DNA of 64,000 nt from an uncultured delta proteobacterium. GTDB lineage: Bacteria; Desulfobacterota; Binatia; JACPRU01. Shown one piece after another: positions 10,152-19,577 of the stretch (position 1 is the stretch's first letter; every line of letters starts with the position of its first letter). Both the position numbers and the translations under genes were made by a program. The stretch is taken from assembly GCA_963745025.1 (NCBI GenBank), contig CAVUWD010000016.1:64001-128000 (forward strand), in the 5' to 3' direction. Under the pieces are notes generated by a model. It was not told the DNA's origin. It searched no databases and saw nothing but the letters and a program-made list of their open reading frames with translations.

Positions 10152-11266
10152 TTACTTCGCAGAGCCGAGGGCGGGCGGCTGGAAGTGCGCCGAGAAGTCG
10201 GCGTCTTCGTCGCTGCCGCCGTCGAGCCCGTCGCGGCCGAGAGTCGCAATCGTCACGTCGTCGGCGCTCGGCTCGTAGCGGTAGGGCCGGCCCCAGGGAT
10301 CGTAGAAGCGCGGGTCGGCGCGCTCGGCGAAGCGCCGCCACATCGCCTTGTCCGGGTAGGCGCCGTGCTCGGTGTGATAGCGGTCGGCGAAGTCACCGAG
10401 CACCTTCATCTCCCGGTCGATTCGATGATGGAGATTCGCGAGCCGATCCTCTGGAGTCGGCAGAGTCGATACCAAGCCCAAGAGCGCGAGCGAGGTCAGG
10501 CCGATCGAGATCCACGTGAGCCAGAATTTCTCTTTCGCGGTGTGCGTTTCGCTTCGCTGGATCAGCAAGGGCCCGACGAACGGGACGAGGGCGAAGTACG
10601 ACGACAGGCGCTTGTCGGCTGCGAGCAGCTCGCCGACCATCTGCGGCGCTTCGGAAGAGGGGCCGTTGGCAATGAGCGCGGCGAGGGCGTCGCGCGAACG
10701 AGTCATGGGAGGCAGAGTGGCCTGCTTCGCCAGGGGCGTCTCCTTCCCATTCGGCGGCGCGGCGGGAGCGTCTTTGGTCAGCGCAAGCGCAGAGCACGCC
10801 GCGCACAGGCCCGTCACTCCGGACGAGAAGCGGCCGAGCTCGACGTCGCAGCGGAGGCGAGATCCATGTGAGCCGGAATTTTTCTTTCGCGGTGTGCGCT
10901 TCGCTTCGCTGGATCAGCAAGGGCCCCGACGAACGGGACGAGGGCGAAGTACGACGACAGGTGCTTGTCGGCTGCGAGCAACTCGCCGACCATCCGCGGC
11001 GCTTCGGAAGAGGGGCCATTGGCAATGAGCGCGGCGAGGGCGTCGCGCGAACGAGTCATGCGAGGCAGAGTGGCCTGCTTCGCCAGGGGCGTCTCCTTCC
11101 CATTCGGCGGCGCGGCGGGGGAGCTTCCGGTCAGCACGCGCGCGGAGCACGCCGCGCAGAGGCCCTTCACTCCGGACGAGAAGCGGCCGAGCTCGACGCC
11201 GCAGTGGAGGCAGGTGGTTTGCGTGGAAGGCGAGGGTGAGCCAACTCCTTCGGCCGGCTCGGCCAT
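10152..11266 (-). pseudogene. Membrane protein with N-terminal CxxC/CxxC and C-terminal GspG-like domain, disrupted by a tandem duplication of about 352 bp
   Basis: CLHC...CAAC, two hydrophobic segments, DPWGRPYRY...LGRDGLDGGSDEDAD; ATG overlaps the pilX-like stop (TGATG). Confidence 0.7.
10506..11211. repeat. Tandem duplication (10506-10857 and 10858-11211)
   Basis: Two diverged copies (ALALTKDAPAAPP vs ARVLTGSSPAAPP). Confidence 0.9.
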
Positions 11267-13095
11267 CAGAAGTCGTGCCAAGCGAGCGCGGTGTACGAGC
11301 TGCCCCCGCAGGTCACGTTGCCGGGCGTCGTGGAGGGGTAGCCAAGTGTGACATTGGAATTTCCGTTCAGCGTAAGCGATCCGACGATTAAACTGGTATT
11401 CATGACCTGATTGGCATGTCCCTGGAGCTCCGCCGGCGCACCCCACGCGTAGATGACGCCATCGAGGGTGTAATTGCCGTTTGTCCCACCCTGCAGATTG
11501 ATGCACCCGAGCGGCGTGGGATTGCCGCATGTGGGCTGGTTAGGACTGATGGAGGGATTAGGCAAATTGCCGTTGGAGTCGGTCCGATTCTGGTAGATCA
11601 AGAAGCCCGCCATACCCGTGCCGACGAGGCCGTAGTTGTCGGGGCCCGTCGGGGGGTTTGTGGTCGGATCCGTGGTCGGCGCTATCAAGGTGACCGTTGC
11701 GTTCGCCGGTGCCTAGCGCGTTCACGGGGCCGTAGTTGCCGCTCGCTGCACGTGGGACAGAGCGGGTCGAAAGTGTTGACGATCGTTACCCCATTGCCGG
11801 TGATCGTCGGGGTGCCGCCACCGACGTTGAGGCCTCCCCCGGCCATTACGTAGAGGCCAGGGTCGAGCGTGACGCTGTTGTTGAGGTGGAGCCCTCCCCA
11901 GTAGATCCCGGGGCTCAACTGCGTGACGGTTGAATCGGGATTAGATGTTAGCGGAGCGTTCGCCGTTCCCGCGCAGCCCGAGCACGACGGACTGCTGAAA
12001 GCAGAATTCGCGGGTACCGGACTCGGGACCGGCCCCGCGGGCAGCGACGGTGGATTCACGTTGCTGAACGGGTCGACTATCGTAGGTTGGTCCGTCTGCG
12101 GCGGGGGACTGTACGTCGGGCTCCCGTCGACCCTCGAGCCGGAGACATCGATGCCGCAATTGGTGAGACTGCTGTTGGTGCAAGCAGTGATCGAGTTGTT
12201 GTTAACACCAGAAGTCGACTCGCTCGAGTTACAGCTCGCGGGCGGCGACCCGCCAAAAACGGGAGGCGCGCCGGCATTTATCTGGACCGAGCCCTCGGCG
12301 GTGATGGTAGCGCCACCGTTCATATCGATCCCAGGACATCCAAAGTTGGAAGTCAGAAGGCTCCCGAGAGGATTACCGGGATTCGTGTCTCCGAGATCCA
12401 CCGCGCGAACCTTGACCGTTCTGCTCGCGACGACGGAGCCATCGTTACGCCTGACCTCGCCCGTCGAAGTGATCTTCACGATGTTTCGCGTATTGCTACA
12501 GCCGGGTTGCGTACGCTGGCGGATGTCGCCAGCGGCGGTACATCCGTAGCGCACGCCAACGTCGGCAGGCTCGCAGCGATCCCACTCCATTTTCAGATTT
12601 GTCGATGAGCCTGAGCTTCCTGTCGAATACGTGACGGGATACGCGGCCTGCTGCAGCGTCGGAACCTCAACGTTCGGAACGGAGACGGAAGGCGCCGTGG
12701 AGTTGAACAATACCTGGATGCTTGGAAGATCAGAAAGCAGACGTCGAGACCGTAGGGAGAGCTGTTCGCTGAACAATGGACCGGCCGGGCACGGCGTCGC
12801 TCCGTCGCGATATCGCGTGTAGAGAGAGGCGTCGAATGTACCCGGGCCGGGGCTGATCGTCACGTTGCTCTGCCACCGCGCGTTCCCAAGCGGAAGAGAG
12901 CCTCGTTGATCCCTGCCTCGGCGGCGTAGATCGCCTGCTTCTCGTTCTGGAGGTTGCTGACGACCTGAACGTCGGTGCGGGTGAGCGTGCCGCGAAGAAC
13001 GCTGTCAGGCTCAGTACGACGAGAAAGACGAGAACGGTGGCAAGTATAAAGCCGCCTTCTCGGGCGATCCTCATGGACGTGGGCAGTTCTTTCAT
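11266..13095 (-). pseudogene. PilX-like minor pilin/adhesin with a long Ser/Thr/Pro/Cys-rich C-terminal region; 3 frameshifts
   Basis: GFILATVLVFLVVLSL + NEKQAIYAAEAGINEALFRL (PilX N-terminus); continues through ORFs 11685-12863 and 11266-11688. Confidence 0.7.
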
Positions 13096-13112
13096 AGGGG
13101 CCTCTCGTTTGC

Positions 13113-13748
13113 TCAGCAGGGCTTGTTTCGCAGACGAACACTCTCCGTCTCCGTCCGCGTCAAGGGCAAGCCGCCGATGACGGAGCGAGTCACGGTCAGT
13201 GAGATATCGATCGCAGCGATGAGGTCTCGATCCGCCTGGGTCGCCGGGCTAAAGGTGGTGCCGTCGCACCGCCGATAGGTCAATGTCAGGCCGGCGCCGC
13301 CGTTCGGGAGCACTACGTTGTCGGCGAGCACGTTGCCGGTCCACGGGTCGCCGCCCGCCGTGGCGTCGAGCTTCAACAGATCCGTTCCGGAAAGCTCGAA
13401 ACCCTTGTGCTCGTTCGGAGCGGTCGCGGTGACGACGCCGTCATCGTCCGCGTCGAGCTGGAACTCGATCGTCTGTGCGTCCGCAGCCAGAATCTTGGGG
13501 GCGGCGCTACCCGAGAGGTCCATCCTCGCGGAGCGGAGGTCGCGTGCCATCTGGTCCATCGCGGTGCGGAGCGCCTGCGAGGTTTCGATCTCGATCTGGT
13601 GGTGCTTTGCCGCGCGCTGCTCGGAGACGTAAAATCCCGTGAAGCCCGCCATCAGAAGCGCACAGACCACGATCACGACCAGTAGCTCGACGAGCGTGAA
13701 GCCGCGGTTAGACGCCGAGATTGTATTTGAACCGGACGATAGTTGCAT
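13113..13748 (-). CDS. PilW-like minor pilin
   Basis: Prepilin motif RG/FTLVELL...MDQMARDLRSA. Confidence 0.85.
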   Translation of the reverse strand: MQLSSGSNTISASNRGFTLVELLVVIVVCALLMAGFTGFYVSEQRAAKHHQIEIETSQALRTAMDQMARDLRSARMDLSGSAAPKILAADAQTIEFQLDADDDGVVTATAPNEHKGFELSGTDLLKLDATAGGDPWTGNVLADNVVLPNGGAGLTLTYRRCDGTTFSPATQADRDLIAAIDISLTVTRSVIGGLPLTRTETESVRLRNKPC

Positions 13749-14198
13749 TCACCAGTCGGTTGTTGGGCATCGAGACGGTCACCGTGATCTCGTTTCACCG
13801 GATCCTGCAGGGCACCACTCGGGTCAGGTGTAGGGATGACTAGTGGAGAGCTGCCAGTCGCTCGGCGTTCACTACCGTCCACTGCACGTGGTAAGGGCCG
13901 CTGCCAGTGCCGTCCGCGTTCACGGTGACAGGCGGGATGAGCGCCGGCGCATTGGCTACGGACGAACACGTGATCAGAGAAGCTGGCGCTGGGCAGCCAG
14001 TCGGCGTTGCGTTCGGATCGGGCGAAGCAGTGTCTCCATTCGGTGCTCGGCGAGACTCATCGCCGCCGAGTTCGAATCGGTCGTGATTCGATGATGGATC
14101 AGTCTCTCGGTGAGTCCGCCAACCGCGATCACGACGAACGCGCCGATCAGCATGGCGACTACCGCCTCGATTAGCGTGAAGCCCTTGCTACTGAACAT
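13708..14198 (-). pseudogene. PilV-like minor pilin, frameshifted
   Basis: KG/FTLIEAVVAM...AMSLAEHRMETL; C-terminal EITVTVS in another frame. Confidence 0.7.
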
Positions 14199-14691
14199 TG
14201 ATGCGCCCGGTGGGTTGAACGAAGATCGTTCGCCAAGCGCCCGCCTCGTTGGTAATGCGAATGACTGGATATGCATTCGAAACAGCCTCGGGGTTTCCCC
14301 GTGGGTTCAAGACCGCACTCGTGGGGGTTCCGCCTGAACCGTTGTCGATACCAGCAGAATCGATTTGTTTTGCGCCGACTTCTAGGGTGTCCGCGCCATA
14401 ACTAGTCGTTCCACAGGTTGGGGCACCGGTTTTGCTTCGGACGAGATAGGTCTTCGCCGACGTATCGAAGCTCACCATGAAACATTTGTTTTCCGCGATC
14501 GCACGCCCGCGCACCTTCTGCAACTCCGCCGCGAGATCCCGGGCCGCCCCCTCGAGCCGATAGATCGGCACCAGCGTCGACATCCGCACCCACGCGATCG
14601 TCAGCAGGATGCCGCCGATCGTGATCACCACGAGTACCTCGATCAGCGAGAAGCCCTTCATGGCTTCCCTAGAGAAACGTGTGTTCGTCAT
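14188..14691 (-). CDS. FimT/FimU (GspH-like) minor pilin
   Basis: KG/FSLIEVLVV...RLEGAARDLAAELQKVRGRAI. Confidence 0.85.
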   Translation of the reverse strand: MTNTRFSREAMKGFSLIEVLVVITIGGILLTIAWVRMSTLVPIYRLEGAARDLAAELQKVRGRAIAENKCFMVSFDTSAKTYLVRSKTGAPTCGTTSYGADTLEVGAKQIDSAGIDNGSGGTPTSAVLNPRGNPEAVSNAYPVIRITNEAGAWRTIFVQPTGRINVQ

Positions 14692-14736
14692 GCTGAGATC
14701 TGGGCAGGCCAACTGCGGCCCCCCTCCTCGCCGAAT

Positions 14737-15070
14737 AACAGAGTAGCAGAGGGGAGGCCTTTCGCAAAAGAAAACAAACTCAGGCAAACGTCTGATCGCT
14801 CGGAGAAAATCCCCAATCGATTCCGGTTACTCGGGGAATTTCGGCTCAAGGTCAGGGTCATGGTCCGGTGCGACATACCACGTTCCTCCTACGCCCTGCC
14901 GGTTGAGACAACAGAGTAGCAGAGGCGAGGCCTTTCGCAAAAGAAAAGAAAATCAGGGGGATGTCTGATCGCTCGGAGAAAATCCTCAATCGATTCCGGT
15001 CACTCGGGGAATTTCGGAGCAAGATCAGGGTCATGGTCCGGTCGGACATGGCGACGTCCATCCTACGCCC
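14737..15070. repeat. Tandem 173-bp duplication containing the candidate pilin-operon promoter, a pilB 3' tail and a DUF433 5' stub
   Basis: 14737-14896 vs 14910-15070; minus strand TTGCGA-N16-TACTCT (also GG-N10-GC). Confidence 0.8.
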
Positions 15071-15187
15071 CGCCGCTTCCCTGTATACGGCGCCGCGACT
15101 CTCAGGGGCGCGAGCGGCGTCGTTGCGACCTGGCATGAAGATCGATATCACCCGCGACATACGACAAGAGGATCGATCGGAGAGGAC

Positions 15188-15394
15188 ATGGAAACGGTTA
15201 CGATCTCGCCCAAGTTCCAGGTGGTCATCCCAAAGGAAATCCGCGACACGCTGAAGCTCACTCCGGGCCAGAGGGTACAGGCGATCCTCTATGAAAACCG
15301 CATCGAGTTGATTCCCGTCCGGCCGATCAAGAAGATGAGAGGATTCTTGAAGGGAATCGACACCTCCGTGCCTCGTGAGGGAGACCGGGTCTGA
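15188..15394 (+). CDS. AbrB/MazE/SpoVT antitoxin
   Basis: METVTISPKFQVVIPKEIR...LTPGQ. Confidence 0.9.
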   Translation: METVTISPKFQVVIPKEIRDTLKLTPGQRVQAILYENRIELIPVRPIKKMRGFLKGIDTSVPREGDRV

Positions 15395-15783
15395 ACGTCG
15401 TCGACTCGTCGGGCTGGCTGGAGTACCTAGCCGATGGCCCAAATGCGAAGTTCTTCGCCCCGCCGATCGAGAACGTCCGAGCGCTTCTCGTACCGTCGAT
15501 CAGCGTCTACGAAGTTTTCAAGCGCGTCCTGCAGCAGCGGGGCGAAGGGTCCGCGCTGCAGGCCGCGGCCCTGATGCAGCAGGGCGAGATCATCGACCTC
15601 ACCACGCCCTTGGCATTGGCAGCCGCGCGGGTGAGCCTCCAGGAGGGGATTCACATGGCCGACAGCGTCATGCTCGCCACCGCGCGGGCCTTCGGAGCCA
15701 CCCTCTGGAGCCAGGACGCCGACTTCGAGAGGCTGGCGGGGGTGAAGTACGTTCCCAAGAGGGCCGCAGTCGAAAACCGCTAG
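15391..15783 (+). CDS. vapC: VapC PIN toxin (apparent CTG start)
   Basis: NVVDSSGWLEY...VYEV...MADSVMLATA...LWSQDADF; 4-nt overlap with the antitoxin stop. Confidence 0.85.
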   Translation: MNVVDSSGWLEYLADGPNAKFFAPPIENVRALLVPSISVYEVFKRVLQQRGEGSALQAAALMQQGEIIDLTTPLALAAARVSLQEGIHMADSVMLATARAFGATLWSQDADFERLAGVKYVPKRAAVENR

Positions 15784-15912
15784 GCGCCCGGTCATGCGGC
15801 GGGGCTGGTCACGGCGGTTTGCACGAACCCAATAGACGCGCGCGGGGCCGACCCATCTCGAGAGCGTGGAAGAGCGCTTCGATCCGAATCTGCCGCGACT
15901 CTCGCCAAGACG

Positions 15913-16014
15913 CGCTCGTTACCGATCATTCGATTCCGGTCACTCGCAGCACTTCCTCGATCGTCGTCATGCCCCGGCGGACCTTGTCGAGGCTGCTCTC
16001 GCGCATGGTGCGCA
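15913..16014 (-). repeat. Duplicated 3' end of pilB (about 30 codons plus flank)
   Basis: Encodes RTMRESSLDKVRRGMTTIEEVLRVTGIE*; matches 17042-17142. Confidence 0.9.
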
Positions 16015-16074
16015 AGCGAATGGCTTCCGGTGACCCGATCCGCTACGCCCGCGCCTTCGTTCGGAACCGCGCTT

Positions 16075-16398
16075 CTACGGTGGCAGCTGGAGCTCCACTA
16101 CCGAGCCCCTCGTCAGGGTGGGGAGAATTTTCTCGATCTCTGGCAGCAGCTTGACCACCACCGGTACCTGATTGCTCGGTAGAACCATCACGCCGAGGCT
16201 CCGCTTCGAGAGATCTTGCTGGTGACGCAGGTTCTGGTCGGTGGTCACGAGGACGTCGAACCGCTCACGTTCTGCGAGGCTCAGCAGCTCGCCGTTCTTC
16301 ACGCCCGCCCAACCCATGTCCTGGACGGTCTGGATCTCGTGTGATCGCAGTCGCGCCTTGATCACACTTGGCGTACACTCGTCGAGCAGGACCTTCAA
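16075..16398 (-). CDS. DUF5615 PIN-like toxin
   Basis: MKVLLDEC...GWAGVKNGELL...FDVLVTTDQNL. Confidence 0.85.
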   Translation of the reverse strand: MKVLLDECTPSVIKARLRSHEIQTVQDMGWAGVKNGELLSLAERERFDVLVTTDQNLRHQQDLSKRSLGVMVLPSNQVPVVVKLLPEIEKILPTLTRGSVVELQLPP

Positions 16399-16655
16399 GC
16401 CGCCCGGCCGAGCTTCCGGAGCGTCGCCCGGTAAAACTCGAGGACAGCGACCGCTTGATCTCGGGTCACGGTCGGAAAGTTTTCCAGGAACTCGTCGAGC
16501 GTGAGCCCCGCTTCAAGATTGCTGATGAGGGCGTCGACCGGGACGCGGGTTCCCCGAAAGACCGGCGCGCCGCTAATGATCTCCGAATCAACGGTGATCG
16601 GCAGTCGATCGATTTCGTTCTCCGGGATGATCAGGGTCATGGTCCGGTCGGACAT
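16395..16655 (-). CDS. DUF433 antitoxin
   Basis: EIISGAPVFRGTRVPV...LDEFLENFPTVTRDQ. Confidence 0.9.
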   Translation of the reverse strand: MSDRTMTLIIPENEIDRLPITVDSEIISGAPVFRGTRVPVDALISNLEAGLTLDEFLENFPTVTRDQAVAVLEFYRATLRKLGRAA

Positions 16656-16790
16656 CGTAAGTCGATCCTACGCCCGGCCTCTTGCCCTGTCCACGGCGCC
16701 GCGACTCTCAGAGCCGTGAGCGGCGTCGTTGCGACTTGGCATCAAGATCGATGTCCGCGACATCTGACAAAAGGATCGATCGGCGAGGAC

Positions 16791-17029
16791 ATGAAACGGT
16801 TACGATCTCACCGAAGTTCCAGGTGGTCATCCCAAAGGAAATCCGCGGCACGCTGAAGCTCACGCCGGGCCAGAAGGTACAGGCGATCCTCTATGGAAAC
16901 CGCATCGAGTTGATTCCCGTCCGGCCGATCAAGAAGATGAGGGGATTCTTGAAGGGAATCGACACCTCCGTGCCTCGTGAGGGAGACCGGGTCTGAACGT
17001 CGTCGACTCGTCGGGCTGGCTGGAGTACC
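16791..17029 (+). pseudogene. Second abrB copy (1-nt loss after ATG) plus 12-codon vapC stub
   Basis: 16629-17029 repeats 15023-15427; ATGAAACGG vs ATGGAAACGG. Confidence 0.85.
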
Positions 17030-17053
17030 GAGCCGGCTACTCGCTCGTTACGC

Positions 17054-18868
17054 TCAATCGATTCCGGTCACTCGCAGCACTTCCTCGATCGTCGTCATGC
17101 CCCGGCGGACCTTGTCGAGGCCGCTCTCGCGAAGCGTTCGCATGCCGAGAGTGAGCGACTTCTTGCGGATGTTGGCGGCGTCGGCTCGGGCCACGATCAT
17201 CTCGCGGATCTCATCGTTGATCGGCAGCACCTCGTAGAGCGCGGTCCGTCCGCGGTAGCCGGTCTGCGAGCACTCGTCGCAGCCCTTCCCGTGATAGACC
17301 TTGAGATCCTTCACCTCGCTCTGCGAAAAGCCGAGATCGACCAGCGACTCGGGAGAGGGAGGGTTCTCGATCGGACTCCTGCAATCGGGGCAGACGAGCC
17401 GCACCAGCCGCTGCGCGGCGACGAGCAGGATCGAGGATGATACGAGGAACGGCTCGACGCCCATGTCGAGCAAGCGGGTGATCGACGTCGGAGCGTCGTT
17501 GGTGTGCAGCGTCGACAGGACGAGGTGGCCGGTGAGCGCCGCCCTGATGGCGATCTCCGCGGTCTCGTAGTCGCGGATCTCGCCGACCATGATCACGTCG
17601 GGGTCCTGTCGGAGGAAGGCTCTGAGCGCGGCGGCGAACGTGAACCCGATCTCGAAGTTCACCTGCACCTGATTGATGCCGTGCATGTTGAGCTCGACCG
17701 GATCCTCGGCGGTCTGGATGTTGCGCACCGATTTGTTGATCTCCGAGAGCAGCGAGTAGAGCGTCGTGGTCTTGCCGCTGCCGGTCGGGCCCGTGACGAG
17801 GACCATCCCGTAGGGCCGCTGGATCGCGCGCTGGAAGTGCCGGAGCTCCTCGGCCTCGAAGCCGAGGTTGGTGAGGTCGAGCTGCAGGCCCGTCTTGTCC
17901 ATCAACCGCAGCACCAGCTTTTCGCCGTTGATCGTCGGCAGCGACGAGACGCGGAAGCTCATCTCCTTGCCGGCCGGCAGGCGAATCTTGATCGCCCCGT
18001 CCTGAGGCAAGCGCCGCTCGGAGATGTCGAGCGCGGCCATGACCTTGATGCGGGACGCCAGCGCCGCCTTGAAGCGGGGCGGCGGCTGCATGATGTCGTA
18101 GAGGATGCCGTCGATACGGAAGCGGATGCGGAGGTCGTTCTCGAAGGGCTCGATGTGGATGTCGCTCGCGCGCCGCTCGACGGCGTCGGTCATGAGCGCA
18201 TTGACGAGCCTGACGAGCGGCGCTTCCTCCGTCGCGCGCTGCAGCTCCGCGAGATCGATCTTGGCCTCGTCGCGCACGAGCTGGACTCCGTCGCCGTTCA
18301 TTCCCGTCAGCGCATCCGAATAGGCTTTCGCGCGCTCGTTGTAGTGCCGGTCGATTCCCCTGCGAATTCCCCGTGCGGGCGCGAGCACGATGCGGACGTC
18401 GCAGCCGGTCAAGAACTTGCACTCGTTCAGCCCGGCGAGGTTCGAAGGATCCGCCATCGCCAGCGTGAGCGTCGACCCCGTGAGGCTGATCGGCAGCAAC
18501 TCGTGCTTGCGGGCGAGCGTGTCGGGAATCAGACTCAGCACCTCGGCAGATGGCTCGGCGCTCAGCGGGTCGATGATCGGAAGCCGGTACTCCTTGTGGA
18601 GAAACGAGGTGATGTCTTCATCCGAGACGAAGCCGAGGCGAACGAGCGCCGCCGCGAATTGGCCCCCGTTCTTGTGCTGATCCGCCGCCGCCGCCGCGAG
18701 CTGCTCGGCGGTTATCACCTCACGCCGGAGAAGGATCTCCCCGAGCCGAGAAGAGGGTGGGGGACGGATCGGCGAGATCACGGGAGAGGACGTGGAGGGC
18801 ACGGCGGGTGCGCCTGTATTTTCGGGGAGGTGCTTGCCCTGCCGTTCCGCCTGTTCGTTGGTCGCCAT
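17054..18868 (-). CDS. pilB: Type IV pilus assembly ATPase PilB
   Basis: MshEN-like RLGEILL, Walker A GPTGSGKT, TAEDPVE, LRQDPD, CxxC...CxxC. Confidence 0.95.
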   Translation of the reverse strand: MATNEQAERQGKHLPENTGAPAVPSTSSPVISPIRPPPSSRLGEILLRREVITAEQLAAAAADQHKNGGQFAAALVRLGFVSDEDITSFLHKEYRLPIIDPLSAEPSAEVLSLIPDTLARKHELLPISLTGSTLTLAMADPSNLAGLNECKFLTGCDVRIVLAPARGIRRGIDRHYNERAKAYSDALTGMNGDGVQLVRDEAKIDLAELQRATEEAPLVRLVNALMTDAVERRASDIHIEPFENDLRIRFRIDGILYDIMQPPPRFKAALASRIKVMAALDISERRLPQDGAIKIRLPAGKEMSFRVSSLPTINGEKLVLRLMDKTGLQLDLTNLGFEAEELRHFQRAIQRPYGMVLVTGPTGSGKTTTLYSLLSEINKSVRNIQTAEDPVELNMHGINQVQVNFEIGFTFAAALRAFLRQDPDVIMVGEIRDYETAEIAIRAALTGHLVLSTLHTNDAPTSITRLLDMGVEPFLVSSSILLVAAQRLVRLVCPDCRSPIENPPSPESLVDLGFSQSEVKDLKVYHGKGCDECSQTGYRGRTALYEVLPINDEIREMIVARADAANIRKKSLTLGMRTLRESGLDKVRRGMTTIEEVLRVTGID

Positions 18869-19577
18869 GATTTGGTCGCCTATCATACAGAAAGAAGTGC
18901 CGCTGATGCGAGCGCGATGACCATCGACGCGCATCGGCGCGAATCACGCCATATTATTGACGAATTGGTTCGGATTTGTGCGGGTCGCCTAAAACGGTGC
19001 GTGGAGAAGGCAACCTGCCTCTGATAGTAGGCGGCGGGCGCTCGCAAGAAAAAGCGCTCAGTTACCCAGGATTTTGACCGAGCGCGGCGTCGTCGGGAGA
19101 TCCGGTATGAAAGTTGCGAAGCGAGAAGGCACGGCTCGCCGAACCCGCTTCGGCGCACGGCGATCTATCCGGGTGAGGAAGACAACGATCCCAAGAGTTG
19201 GGTGGAGGTGTTCGACGGGCTCGAGACGAGGAAGGCGGCGGCGGTAAAGGAAATGGGGACTCGAGCCCGATACGATCGAACGATGGAGGGGCAGGGCTGA
19301 TGGGGTCGGCGAGCCGTTCCGCACTGGGTCCGGCGCTCTTCCACGGGTGCTGGTCGACACGCTTCTTGGCGACGTCACCTACGCCTAGCCTCGATCAGAA
19401 ATCTCTTCTGTGACCTGAACGCGCCGGGCTCGCGCCTGGCTTGTCCGCCACGAGCTTCTTTCTCGAAGCCCTCCATGCCCCAAGAGACGGCATCGTGGTA
19501 GACCTGGCGCTCGTGACGCGCCGGACCGTGGCTCGCGGCTCGCCACAGCCGCTGCGGTTGACCCCGCCGCGGCTTCG

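Noticed and set aside
10506-11211. DGR template/variable repeat pair
   Set aside because: Differences are not adenine-specific and no intact RT is present
6495-17050. Integron or CALIN explanation for the TA arrays
   Set aside because: No intI, cassettes lie on both strands, and I found no convincing RYYYAAC...GTTRRRY attC hairpins; the junctions are gene-end duplications
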